Shown: piece after piece, positions 25,942-38,894 of the stretch
Position numbering within the stretch: the first letter of the stretch is position 1
How the letters are laid out: each line of letters begins with the position of its first letter
DNA from: Azolla caroliniana
Lineage: Eukaryota; Plantae; Polypodiophyta
Length of the DNA: 64,000 bases
NCBI GenBank assembly: GCA_043228905.1
Contig: JBHGNT010000010.1
Location: forward strand, 6,324,001 to 6,388,000
Direction: 5' to 3'
Notes under the pieces: model-generated
What the model saw: the letters and a program-made list of their open reading frames with translations, nothing else
Database searches by the model: none
Told to the model about the DNA's origin: nothing
Position numbers and translations under genes: made by a program

Positions 25942-26797
25942 AGGATGAAAGAAAAGAGGAATAAGAGATTAGTAGGAAATGAGTGAGACAGAAGGTAGGG
26001 GAAATCAGTTCAAACTGTCAGGAACAGTACTAAGACATAGAAGGACTCAGTACTAAAAGAAGTATTAGTACTAAGAGAGGTGAAGAACTCTCGAGAGAAG
26101 GAAAAAGTGAGTGAGAGGGAGGGAGAGAGAGATCGAGAGAGAGAGAGAGTGATGATAAGAAAAGATATATATTATGTGAAGAAAATGTACAATAGCTAGG
26201 AGGCTTAAGACTTGCGTTGAACCGATTTGGTTCGAAATAATGCCTTGTGCCTCCTTTTATAGTGTTCTAAGGAATACTCCTGAAGTTTCTAGAATGTTCC
26301 AGAGAAATCTAGAATATACATCAATTTTCTAGAATAAAACATAAATGAAAATAATATTCTACGTATTACAATGTATAATCTAATGGTCAAGAGCTCGACC
26401 CATGTAGCATAAGGTCATGGGTTCGAGTCTTGCCATATCATGACAGCCGGATATCGAGTTCACCAATGAAGTCCTTCATCCATAATATTTCCTTGCCGAC
26501 TTCCACAACCGCCATGTACTCTGCCTCCGTGGTTGACAACACAACCGTTTTCTACAGCCTCGACTGTCACGAAACAACTCCCCCTGCATATGTCATTACA
26601 CACCCGGATGTAGACCGGCTGGTATCCACATAAGCCGACATGTCCGAATTGGTGAAACCGTCAAGTTGAGGTTTACCGGAGCCGAATCAGAGACACATAT
26701 TCGAAGTGCCCTTCAAGTACCGGAGTATCCATTTGACCGCGTTCCAATGCTCCTTGTCAGGATTACTCATAAACCGGCTCACCACTCCGATTGCGTA

Positions 26798-29700
26798 TCA
26801 AATATCCAGTCGAGTACACACCATTGCGTACATTAAGCTCCCGATGGCAGAAGCATATGGAACCTTCATCATATCTGCCTTCTCTGCATTCGTCTTCGGG
26901 CTTTGCTTACCGGATAATCCGCAGTTTGCCGGGAGTGTCGATCCGACCGGTTTTGCTTCTAACATGTTGAACCGCTGAAGCACCTTTGTCACGTATTTCT
27001 CCTGTGACAACCACAATTGCTTCTTTGACCGGTCCCGGATGATGTGCATCCCCAATATCTGTCTTGTCGGGCCCAAGTCTTTCATTGAGAAAGTTCGGTT
27101 GAGAGCCTTCTTCAGCATCCGTATTTTGGCTTGGTCCCGTCCGACGATCAACATGTTGTCCACGTATAGAAGGAGTATCAGGAAGTCGCCTCCTTCGAAC
27201 TTCTTCACAAACACGCAGTGATCGGTTTGCGTTTTGTGATACCCTTGGTCGGTCATGAAGGAGTCGAACTTCCGGTACCATTGTCGGGGAGCCTGCTTTA
27301 GTCCGTACAGGCTCTTCTTCAACCGGCAAACCAGGTGCTCCTTCCCTTTCTCCACGAATCCGTCCGGTTGTTGCATGTAGATCTCCTCTTCGAGGTCACC
27401 GTGAAGGAATGCTGTCTTCACGTCCAGCTGCTCTACCTCGAGGTTCATGCTGGCCGCTATACTCAGCACCATTCGGATGGAAGTCATCTTTACTACCGGG
27501 GCAAATATCTCGTCGAAGTCCACACCCTTCTTCTGCTGGAATCCCTTCACCACGATCCTAGCTTTGTATCTTGGGGGTTTGTCGGCATCTCTCGGTTTCA
27601 ACTTGTACATCCACTTATTTCGGAGTGCCCGCTTTTCTTTCGGCAACTCCACCAATTCGTACATATGGTTCTCATGCAGGGAATCCATCTCATCTTGCAT
27701 GGCACTTAACCATTTGCGACTGTGGGTGTCGTCCTTCGCTTCTTCGAAGCTTTCCAGCTCTCCCTCATCGGTTAGCAGCACATGCTCTGCATCCGGAAAT
27801 CTTCGGGGGGGCCTTCTCTCTCTGAGAGGATATCTCTGTCTTTGGCCTTCGGCAATTGGCTCCACAATTTTTTATTCATTCGAATCTGATTCGGGGTCTT
27901 GGCCGGTTCCGATTTTAGCTTCCTCTACTTCTTCTTCTGTCGGTTTGGTATCCTCACCGTAACCGGCTGGTTCCTCGAGTGTCAATCGGCTCTTAGTTGG
28001 GTGGGTCCGAATCTCATTAGAGTTCATTATCTTCTTCTCCGACTCCCAGTCGGCAAGAGTCTTGTCCTCCATGAAGATAATATCTCGACTCCGGAATATT
28101 TTCTGGTCGACCGGGTCCCACACTCGGTCGTCGAACTCATCGTCGCCGTAACCGAGGAATATGCATGGCCAGGTCTTCGGATCTAACTTTCCTCTCTGGT
28201 CCTTAGCTACATGCACGTACGCAAGACACCTGAATACCTTCAGATGCCGGTAGGACACTTTCTTACCGGTCTAGATTCTCTGCGGCGTGTCTCCGTCCAA
28301 GGGTACTGAGGGTGATCTGTTTATCACATATGTCGCCGTCGACAGTGCCTCAGCCCAAAACGTCTTGGGTAATTTTGCATGCGCCAGCATACTCCGGACC
28401 CTCTCCATTATGGTCTGGTTCATCCTCTCGGCCAACCCGTTTAGTTCCGGCATCTTCGACACGGTAAATTCGAGCCGGATTCCCTTCAAGCGACAACACT
28501 CCTCGAACTGCCTCCGGTATTCACCTCCGTTATCTGCTCGAACCACCTTCAGCTTCCGGCCAGATTCTCTTTCCACTCTTGCGTGGAGCTCCTTGAAGAC
28601 GGATAACACCTGATCCTTCGTCTTCAACGGTGTGGCCCATAGCCTCCTGTTGTGGTCATCTATGAACGTCACGAAGTACTACGATCCTGCATGTGACTTC
28701 GTGTCCACTTGACACACATAAGTATGCACCAACTCCAATGGTGCATTACGTCTCATCGGTGTCCTCGATCGGAAGGAGGTCCGGTTTTGTTTACCGGCTA
28801 GGCAGTCGGTGCACCTCTCAAGATGCACGTTCTTCATTGGAATGAGGTTGTCATCGGCAAGCCTCTTCATCCCCTTCACGCTCATGTGACACAGTCTCTT
28901 GTGCTACAACTCACCGATAGTGTTGGAAGCCACATTCACTTCTTCCGGGCATAACCAGGCATTCATCAGGTACAACGTGTTGACCTTCCGGGCCCGAGCC
29001 ACAGTCAAGCTCCCTTTGCTGAACTTCATAACACCGTTCCGGATGCTACCCGTGTAGCCTTCATCATCTAGCCGACCGGCTGATATCAGGTTTAGTCGAA
29101 CCTCCGGAACGTGTCAGACATCCTCCAACAACAGCTTGCTTCCGGTTGGTGTTGTCAACCACACGTCTCCTATGCCGACAATTCGGCATGTACCTTCATT
29201 CCCCATCCAGACACAGCCTTGATCACCGGCTGAGTAGGATGAGAAGCATTTCCGATCCGGGGTAAGGTGGAATGACGCTCCGGAATCGACTACCTAGGTC
29301 ATCTCGTCGCCGGCAAGGTTTAACTCACTCTCCTCGGTGATGAGCATCAACTCTTCTTCACTTGCCACGATTGCCATCGTTCCCTTCCGGTCCGGCCCCC
29401 TCTGGTCTTTACCGTTTCAGTTCAGTGTCCGCTTCGAATCAGTACTGTCAGTTTCCTTGTCTTTTCAAAAGTGCCGACAGTTCTTCTGGAAGTGTCCCGG
29501 CTTGCCGCAATAGAAGCACGTAGGCCTCCCCCTTGACTTTGACTGTGTCCCCGACTTTTCCTGGTTCTGGGGACTACGGTTCCTTTGCCTTCCGCGTTCC
29601 GATTCGGTAAGGAGCGCTTTGGAGTCGGAGCTCGTATCCTTATCTCTCCGACACGCCTCCTCATCTAGCAAGCTCGACTTCACTCTTGCTAGGGATAACC

Positions 29701-30211
29701 GTTTCCCTTCCGGCCTGGCGTTGCCCAAAGTGACGACCAACGTCTCCCATCTATCTGGGAGGGAACCGAGCAGGAGTAGTGCTAGTACCTCATCGGCGAG
29801 AGGTACTTCTAATGATGTTGCCTAGCATATCAGCCCCTGGAAGGCATTCATGTGGTCCACCATGCTAGAGCCATCTTGGTACCAGAGACTTACTAGCTTC
29901 CGAAATACCGAAACCTGATTAACAACATTTTTGTTCTGAAACATAATGCCGATCTTCTCCTAGTGCTCATGAGCCTTGCTCTCTTCATTGAAGTTGTTGT
30001 ATAGACTCATGTCGATGAAGCACCGTATGTACACCGTTGTCTTCATGTGCATCACCTCCCATATCGTGGCATCGATTTTGTCCGGTCTCTTGTCCCCGAA
30101 TTGAACCGGCAACCAAAGATCTTTAACCACGAGCATGTCCCTCATCTTCGACTTCCACACTAAATAGTTGGAGCCAGTGAGCTTGAACATGCCTCCCAAC
30201 GAATCGTCCAT
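26798..30211 (-). pseudogene. Copia gag-pol polyprotein, disrupted
   Basis: Collinear fragments 29960-30211, 29465-29740, 28679-28885, 28271-28672, 27872-28258 and 26798-27865, separated by stops and frameshifts. Confidence 0.92.
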
Positions 30212-31010
30212 TTTTTTCTGTGTCGTTTTGCTCTGATACCAGTTTGAAAGGAATACGGTTTCCTAAGCTATGCTCGGCCACAACCGAGACGTCGGATCAA
30301 GCACAGAAAACAGGGATGTGGTGAGATGTATCTACACACGAAACAGTAAAGAAGAGAGTGCACTGGATGTTAACGTGGAAAACCCAAATCTGGGAAAAAC
30401 CACGGTAGCCCTTAGACTGCAAAATATCACTATATCAAGATTACAACAATGGGGCACAGAGGCAATGACCTCTTGCTCCCTCGCTTCGCCATCAGGCGGT
30501 TACAACAGAGGCAACAACCTCTTCCTCTCTCTCTCTCTCTTCTCTGTACACAGTTACGCTCTGAATTATCGCCACAACGATAATAACACAACCAACTCTA
30601 CATTAATACTATTAAATTTGCCCTAGGTCATATTTATACTAATATGACTTTTGAGCTATTTACAAATATAGCCCCAGTGGGCTCTCTGGAACATATTTAC
30701 ATATATGTCCCTTCCATCCGATGAGAGGTTCTCATCGGGCCTGCAACATCCGGTTCTCACCGGGTCTTTCATTGCCGGGTACTCGTCATCCGGATTCGGC
30801 CTCTGCCTATCAGCCTCGGCCGAGTTGCTCATCAACACTGTTCTTCTCACTTCGCATCCGGAGGGACCTGTTTCTTAATAGATGCTTTTTGGGTCTCATT
30901 AGATTCAATAATAGTAAAAGGTCAACTTTTAAAATAATCAATATCAGAAGTTGATGAGTTAATAGTTTTTTGGGGTATAGAAACTAAGAGAGGTTTTAAT
31001 TGATATGAGT

Positions 31011-31233
31011 ACTACCGAGACAAAAATGTATTCTACAACATTCTAGAATATTCCATGATTATCTTAAATATCTAAAATACTCTAGAAGATTCTAGAATAC
31101 TCCATAAGGACCTATAAATACGTGTCTACTCATTTATCAGAACCAATTCGGTTCAACTCCAATCTGCAACCCCTTAGCCTACTCATTGTAGCCCTTGTTC
31201 TTCGATAATATTAACTCCTTTTCATTTCAAGTC

Positions 31234-31265
<32 letters not shown>

Positions 31266-34200
31266 ATTTTCTCTCTCCTAATCTCAAGTCACGACAGTTT
31301 GAACCAAAATTTCCTTCTTCTTCTCCGACTTCTTCTTATCTTATTCAAGAAATCTAGTAAATTTCACTCATAACTATGGAGTCTGTTAGCAAGCAAGAAT
31401 ATATGCACGTACTCTCTGAGCTCGACATGATAACAACTAAGTTCGTGGCATTGGAGCAAGAAAATAAAAGACAACTTGGAGACCTACAACAAATGTTGAG
31501 AAAGTACAACAATACGAAGACTTATCTCAATGGGTGCATCATTTGGAACTACTCTATTGCAACAACAAGCAGCGAAGTTCAAACCCCACCGAGAGAACCA
31601 AAGATTAGTCTTCTGGCCAAGTTTGATGGTACAAAGTCTCTGTTTCATGGAACTTTAAATCAAGCTCGACTTGCGATTAAATTACATCCTAGTCATTACC
31701 CAACTGATGTTGCTTGCGTGGGACTGGTTGGTACCTTGTTAACCGGTACCGCATTAGCATGGTTTGCACCACTCCTAAAGAAGCACTCACCATTGTTAGA
31801 AGATTTGGAAGGACTTATAAAGGAATTTGAAGCCAGCTTTGGAGACACTAGTTATTATGGGCATGACCATATAATATCCCGTGGTGAGAATTTACCATAG
31901 TATTCTATACATGTGGATAAGTGTGAGGGTTAAACGAGAGTGTAAAGAAGGGGAGGATTACTTTTAATCCTCAGAACACTAGTAGTATGAGGACAACAAT
32001 AAAAAAATTCGTCGATTACGACAAGGAGATCGTCCTGCTTCCGGTTAAGCTATAGATTTTCTCCTTTGACATGTGATATTCCATGGGACAAGGCGGCATT
32101 GATGGACCAATTTCGTCAAGGTCTAAGCAACGACGTGAAGGATTTGCTTCTTACCTTCCATGATGATCCAAAATCTCTTACTGAATCAATAAGTCGAGCC
32201 ATACACTGTGACAATAGCTTATTTGAGCGACATTCTGAATGCCAACAAATGTTATGCTTCATATCAAAAGAAAGATATGCTTTGATGGTCGCAACTCCAC
32301 CAATAAAATGTTGAAAAGCAATGACGTCAAGCAAACTGTCTATGCCTATATTGTGGTGGTTCAAGACATATAGTTATGAATTGTCCACATAAACCAAGAT
32401 GACAAGTCAACCAAGTAAGTGCCCATGATAACCTCATTTCAATTTGTGCCCCACCTTCTTGTAACCTAAGTAGGCCTAGTAGCTCCTGTCATAAAAATTC
32501 CTTTGATGTCTTGAGCCAATTAGAAGATGTATTAAACGAGTAAGTCCGACCAAAATAGGAGTCATTTGGTTGGACAGTCTTAAGCATATAATGTCCATCC
32601 CTAGTAGTGGTTCCATTGTTCGATTGCATCAAGTCAAATTAGCCAAGTTTTCTCCGCACAAGTTGAGCTTACCACATTTAGCTACCATCAAGTCTCAGCT
32701 TCCGACGTCTTAGATTCTGGAGCGAACTCTTGTTTCATGATTCATGAATTCTCTATAATGCATAGTATCAAGTTGCATAAGCTCCCAAGCCCAGTGTCTA
32801 TTGGAGTCATTAATGGTCGTCCCATAGCATCATGTGTCATAGTTGAAGAGTCTGAACCAATTCGTGTAGTCCTAGGTAATTTGGTTAGTGTCATCTCCTT
32901 CAACATCATTCGTAGTCCAGAGCACTCCCTAGTTCTTGGTCTTCCAAGTTTTGAGCTACATAACCCAACTATTGATTGGAGAAAAAGAACTATTGAAGAG
33001 GTCACAATACAGTTTGAGTCTCTCAAAGATGGTTCGCTTTGTCTAGTCGTGGATTGAATAAACTGACTATTCGAAACAAATATGCTCTACCATTGATCTC
33101 ACGCCTTCTAGAACGTCTCAATGGAGCAAAATATTTCACAAAGTTAGATCTTTAAGGTTCCTACAACCTTGTTCAAATTCGTCCTGGGAATGAATGGAAG
33201 ATTATTTTCCGCATTCGCTATGGCCATTTTGAGTATACAATGATGTCATTTGGTTCATGAATGCACCAATAGTTTCTCAACATATGGCGAATGACATTTT
33301 TCGAGATTTCTTCGTATCTTCATCATAGTTTACATGGATGATATCTTGATCTACTAAAAAACTCAAGAGGAGCATGATAATCATGGTCGCCAAGCTTTGT
33401 AGCAGTTGCGAGAATATGGTCTCTGTGAAAAATTGGAGAAGTATAGTTTCAACCAGTGTTAAGTGAAATTTTTGGGGCATATAGTCTCTTCAATTGGCAT
33501 CTCTATGGATTCGGCAAAGGTTTAAACAGTTTTGGATTGACAAACACCACAGTTTGTATGAGATGTACAATGCTTTTTGGGGTTCGCAAACTTTTATCGC
33601 AAGTTCATCAAAGATTATTCAAAGATCGTGTTGCCCCTCACTCAACTCACACAAAAGAATTGACCATTTGTATGGAGTACAAATGCAAAATTTGCATTTG
33701 AGGGTTTAAAACAAGCATTTACATTAACACCAATTTTGATGCATGTTGATCTAATGAAGTGTTTTATACTCGAAGCTAATGCTTCTAACTTCGCACTAGG
33801 AAGCATGCTATCCCAGATTGGAGATGATGGCCAACTGCACCTTGTGGCTTTTCACTCACGAAAATTTGAAGCATAGAAATAAACTACAAGATTCACAACA
33901 AAGAGCTTCTTGCTATTATGGATTCTTTTTAACAATGGCGTCATTTTTTGGAGGGTTCTTCTCAACAAATTATTGTCCACAATGATAAAACAAATCCAAC
34001 ATATTTCCAAAATGCTCAAGTCTTGAGTCGTCAACAAGCTCGTTGGGCGCAATTCTTAACTCATTTTGATTTTGTAACTATATATCACCCTAGGATGCAA
34101 CAAGGAAAAACAAACACTTTATCTCAGCATTCGTACATGGAGCTTCAACCAAGAGAGGCTGCATTTGAAAGTCAGAAGCAAATCCTCTAAGATTTGGACC

Positions 34201-34757
34201 ATCTACGATTAATGGCAATTCATACTATAAAAACACTTGGAGATTAAAGTCTTTTTTATTCCATTTGGGAGCATATTGAGACTGATGAATTCGCCCAAGA
34301 AATTTTGAGCCATATTATCTCAGATCGTGCTTCTTGCTCACAATCTCAAAATCCTCGTCCACACCACACCTAGTTCAATTGGCATGATGGTTTACTTTTT
34401 CGACAAAATCTATTGTATGTGCTTGACGGTCCTTCTCGACTCCAAGTCTTGCAACAATGTCATGACACACCAATGGCTAGACATTTCGGCATCCACAAGA
34501 CTTTCGAGTTAATTTCTTGAAGATATTGGTGGCCATGACTTTGCCATTTTGTTAAGGATTATGTTCGTAGATGTGAATCATACATGTGGCCGAGCAAAAA
34601 ACCCTTAACATCATCCATATGGATTATTACAACCAATGCCTATTCCTGAGAGTCCATGGAAATCTATTTCATTGGACTTCATTATGGATCTACCACCTTC
34701 AAAGGGTTTTGATGCTATTCTCACAATAGTAGATCGTTTTATGAAGATGGATCATTT
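31011..34757 (+). mobile_element. Decayed Tcn1-like chromovirus (partial 5' LTR to integrase), same family as 20783-26445
   Basis: The LTR remnant ends ACGACA at 31296 and is followed by GTTTGAACC. Gag MESVSKQEY...REPKISLLAKFDGT, then protease LDSGANSCF and RT, RH and INT remnants. The LTR start is approximate. Confidence 0.9.
31853..31978 (+). mobile_element. 126-bp miniature solo-LTR derivative with 5-bp TSD CTAGT
   Basis: Matches the reverse complement of ~55053-55172 (the end of solo LTR 54716-55172). Flanked by CTAGT at 31848-31852 and 31979-31983. Removing it restores gag FGDTSSMRTTIKKIRRLRQGDRPAS. Confidence 0.8.
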
Positions 34758-35250
34758 GACTCCAAGTCCATGACATTATCCTCCCTCTAAGACCGCCTTC
34801 GAAGAGGCCTCCCCGGTTTTTGTGGATATTGGTGATGAAATTCATGAAAAACATCCGGTGCATTCTCCAAGTGTTGGGTTGGTTCCCAAGTTGCCTCGGA
34901 AATGGGATTCCCTTTTCGTAGGACTAGGTATTGAAGTTGTCGTCGATGCCAATGAGAGTCCAGAATCTTGTCCACCTCATACTCCTCACATGTGGCAAGC
35001 TCGATTGGGGGTGGTGGTGGAGAGTGTCTTCCAAGAATAGTGGATGGATGATGAGGTTCAAGGAGAGAGGCATGGAAGACATTATAAATCCGGAAATGTG
35101 GAGGAAGTTCCAACCGAAAATTGATGGGGTTGATACGTTCAATGATGCGAAAAGGTCCCAACTTCTTGTAGTTCAACTTTCTGCAAGTTCGAGTAGTGTC
35201 AACATGGCAACATAAGAGCCAAACTTGATCACCAAATGCAAAGGCGGGTA
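34758..35250 (-). mobile_element. Inverted 3' fragment of Tcn1-like element (GPF, chromodomain, PPT, first ~18 bp of 3' LTR)
   Basis: ORF 34787-35176 LGPFRII...EEYEVDKILDS...ATWEP. PPT AGAGGGAGGATAA, then TGTCATG starting at 34775. Confidence 0.85.
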
Positions 35251-36830
35251 TGTTGAGCGAGCAAGCTCAACCGGATTCGGATCGACTGAAGAAGCTTGAG
35301 CTGGATCGACATTCGGAAGGATGAGCCAGATTGGTATCAGGAAACAACCGGCCAGATCAGAGAGCCGGATTCGAGCGGGAATCAGAAGCCTAGTAGTAGC
35401 CTAGACTACTAGGTAATCATTGTCTTGTAGTTAGTGTCAATCGCACGTATGAGCATTGAAGTACTTGTCAGTCCTTTATGGACTTTGTATAAATAGTGTT
35501 GTTATAGCAAATTGTATGCACAGAGTTTTAGAGTCATTTTTTGAATCTACGTTTACGTTCTGCTCTCTCTGTCTCTCCCGTGTATTAAGCTTCTCCATTA
35601 AACCTCTTATTCTCTGTTGCTTTCCAGCTGAGCCGGTTCGGTCTAACGCTTCTGCACGATAACATTCACATGGCATCAGAGTGCGAGGGTTGAGAACCTT
35701 TGCAACCGACACTTACTTTCGTAGACGAACCCTAGAACCCGATAACAACAGACAAAGAGAAGATATGGACAAAGGAATGACGAGTTCACTTCCAACAAAG
35801 AAGCTCGACCGGAGCAACTACGCATCCTGGTCATACAATATGCACCAGTACTTGATGGGGCATGGATATTGGAGCTTCGTGGAAGGAATGAATGAGGTAG
35901 CATTGGAGCCGACACATAGTGACTTCCCGGTATGGGAGCAAGGAGTGAGCCGAGTACTGTACTACCTCGCGTCCTGTGTGCACGATCAGATGCTCGACTA
36001 CATCAAGGATGCAAAGATGCCGAAGGAGGCCTGGGGAAATCTAAGGAAGATTTTCGCCGCGAGTACCACAGCCTATAAGTTGTAGTTCCGGCAAGAGCTG
36101 AACAACATCTGACAAAGAGACATGTCAGTTACGGACTACACCACCAAGATAAAGGAGATTTGCGATGCACTCGGGTTCATGAACGTGATGGTGGACGAAG
36201 AAGAGATGGTACAAATCTGCCTCAGTGGTCTAGCACAAAGGTACGGGCCAATCCGGACAACGATATGCACCCGAGAGAAACCACCGTCTTTCTTCGACTT
36301 GTAATCAATGCTAATGGTCGAAGAAAACCACGCGAGTGGGTCAAGGACCACTCAATTAGATGACCGGATTTTGTACACGGAGATAGATTGGCCCCATGGA
36401 CGTGGTGGACACGGTAGGTCAGCATGCAATGGAGGCGGCTGGCAAGAGTAGGACCAGAGACACAAAGGTGTTGCCGACAACAATTCCGAACCCTCCACAA
36501 GCAAGGGGAGTCAAAGCGGCGCCGGGAACCGACACGAAATGCTGGTACTGTGGCAAAAAGGGCCATAGGGAAAGCGAGTGCTGGAAGAAGTGTTGGAAGA
36601 AGCGAGTGCTGGAAGAAGTAGCAAAACTGGCAAAGCTCGCAATATGCGAAAGGATCGAAAGGATTCAGAACCGGGAACCAATAAAGGGCCAACCTTCGTG
36701 ATGAAGCACAAGGCTAACTCGATGAAGAAGACTACTTCCAAATCGGAGGAAGTATGGTACGTTGATTTCGGAGCGTCCAACCACATGACGAGCCATGAAG
36801 AGTGGTTCTCTTTTTAGAGAAGCCTGAACA
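35250..36830 (+). mobile_element. Truncated Copia element (5' LTR, PBS, gag, protease)
   Basis: LTR ends TTCACA at 35670, followed by PBS TGGCATCAGAG. Gag KLDRSNYASW, CWYCGKKGHRESEC and protease WYVDFGASNHMT. The LTR start is approximate. Confidence 0.85.
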
Positions 36831-37269
36831 ACCATGATTGTCGAAATCAGAGACGACACCCCTCATTCGATTGTGAAAAGAATATGCGAAATAATGCTCA
36901 ACCACAACCGAGTCTTCGATCTCTTCGTTGAAAATTACAATCACAGAAATGGGAATGTAGAGATAGATATATATCCTGTCGATGTATGCTTGGGAGAAAA
37001 CGTTCCCATTTTGTTGGTTTTGTACCAACATATGCACGGAGCATGTCCTAAATAATTTGATTTACTCGTTCTTTTTGTCCATCGAATTGAGGATGATTCG
37101 TGGAGCTCATGCTCAATGTAGTTTCTAACTTCTTAAAGACCTGTGTCTAGAAGTCGCTAGTTAACTTTGGATCTCGATCACTCACGATATCCATCAATAA
37201 CCCATAAAAACGAAATAATTCGTCAACGAATTGGTAAGCCAATTTAGGAGCTGTTACCGTGATTTTAGT

Positions 37270-37920
37270 AGCAATAAAAAATCCATAGATATACTTTCCC
37301 ATTTATTGTTAGAATTTCTAAGGGTTGTAAAAGTCTTGCAGCTTTAAGTCACTCAGTTTTGTTAACCTAACACTGGTGACATATAGTCATGTCGCTATGT
37401 ATGTCAAGACGCATCTTAGGCCAATACAATTGAGTGGAGATGAGAACAAGTGTGCGATATATTCCAAGGTGCCCTATTGAGGGTGCATCATGGCATAAAA
37501 TTCTCTTTTTGACCTCAGGCAAATTTGGAACACAAACCTTCCCATTACGGTAGGGCAGACCGTTAACAATGTGAAAGGATTCCTTCCAAGATGTGGTGGT
37601 GTCTGTTCCAGACTCAACTCTTGCCCCATATTTCGCAAAATAACTATCATCGAGATACATTCCTCGAAGGTGATCATAAAGATATGATATTATTTTAGTG
37701 AAGCTAAGCATGTTAACTTCACGAATGCGACTTAGTGCATCAACGATAGTGTTCATGGAACCTTTACGATATCGTATGGAAAAATGAAAGTCCTAGATGA
37801 GATCTACCGATCGTGCCTTACCACCCTTAAGGTCTTGTTGGTCACAAAAATATTTCAAGGACTCGTGGTCTGTAGTTACCACAAAACGACTTCCATAAAG
37901 ATAATGGCACCATGTCTTAA
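37270..37920 (-). mobile_element. Gypsy RNase H / integrase zinc-finger fragment
   Basis: KTWCHYLYGSRFVVTTDHESLKYF...NTIVDALSR...CHDAPSIGHLG...YWPKM..CHQC. Confidence 0.85.
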
Positions 37921-38550
37921 TTCGATACAATGTATCAAGTTCATGTTTAAATGTTTAAACACGAACTCGATATATCGTATCGAGTTCATGTCAAAAAGCC
38001 GAGTTTTTCAACACAAACTCGATACAATGTATCGAGTTCGTGTTTAAAAACACAGTATTCAACGTGAACTCGATACAATATATCGAGTTCATGTTTAAAG
38101 TTTTATTTATTTTATTTATTTATTTCTATTTATTTTGGGTCTTTTTTCTATTTTATTTTTTTGAAGTGATAAAAAAACTAGAGTTTTCATCACAAGTCGA
38201 TACAATGTATCGAATTCATGTTTAAAGTTTTTTTTCTCCAAAAAGCAAATTACAAATAAATAAATAAAATATCAAAAAAATTTAAAAAATTACTTTAAAC
38301 ATGAACTCTATACATTGTATTGAATTGTGATGAAAAAACTGGTTTTTTCATCAACTCAAGCTCAAATTTTTTATTTTTTTATTTTTTTAAATCCGAGAAA
38401 AAAACTTTAAACATGAATTTGATACATTGTATGTAATTGTGATCAAAACTCTGTTTTTACATCAACTCGATATAATGTATGGAGTTCATGTTTAGAAAAC
38501 TTCTTTTTTTTCAAATAAACAAGGTTTAGGGTTTACATGAACTCGAATTG
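37919..38550. repeat. Array of ~8-9 palindromic AACTCGATACAATGTATCGAGTT motifs with AT-rich spacers (probable DNA-transposon subterminal region)
   Basis: Copies at ~37919, 37963, 38016, 38067, 38194, 38300 (inverted), 38412 (inverted), 38464 and a partial one at 38538. Confidence 0.75.
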
Positions 38551-38894
38551 TACTAAAATCTCTGTTTTTATAAGAGAAAAAGATGCATATCAATATTGCA
38601 AAGAAGTATGTTGCACAACAAGACACCTTATGGTGAACATGTGCTTTATTGATTAACAAAAAACCATTAATAATTGTGTTGATGGTAATTGAATCTTACA
38701 AATGCCATTTACGTGGTGTATAAAATATTGTCGTGGTTCTTAATCACCACTTCAAGCACTTAATGTTAATCTTCATAGTTTGGTAATCTACAATAGAGAA
38801 ACATTTACGTGGAACTAAGGATGACAACACGAGCATAACTCAAGTGACAAGGAAACTTGCAAGAACTCAAGGTGGGGATATTAATAGCTACACA

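Larger units (their letters stand above)
20783..26445 (-). mobile_element. Full-length Ty3/Gypsy chromovirus (Tcn1/sushi-like) nested in Copia RNase H
   Basis: 430-bp LTRs at 20783-21212 and 26016-26445 with TG...CA ends and ~8 mismatches. TSD GCCGG at 20778-20782 and 26446-26450. Domain order gag-PR-RT(YLDD)-RH(ADASD)-INT-chromodomain. Confidence 0.97.
19891..30880 (-). mobile_element. Full-length Ty1/Copia LTR retrotransposon (Tnt1/Tork-like), interrupted by nested Gypsy
   Basis: LTRs at 19891-20510 and 30245-30880. TSD GATGC at 19886-19890 and 30881-30885. PBS TGGTATCAGAGC (tRNA-iMet) adjacent to 30244, PPT AAGGGGGAG adjacent to 20511. Domain order gag (30211), CFYCGKPGHFQKNC, protease IDSGAS, integrase (RADNGGEY), RT (QLDVKTAFLHG, LLYVDN), RNase H. 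Confidence 0.96.

Noticed and set aside
31953-31983. Helitron 3' end (hairpin + CTAG)
   Set aside because: CTAGT is explained as a TSD, there is no 5' TC terminus, and the sequence matches an LTR.
37919-38550. CRISPR-like array (palindromic repeats with spacers)
   Set aside because: Plant nuclear context, no cas genes, spacers of irregular length and low complexity, and repeats in both orientations.
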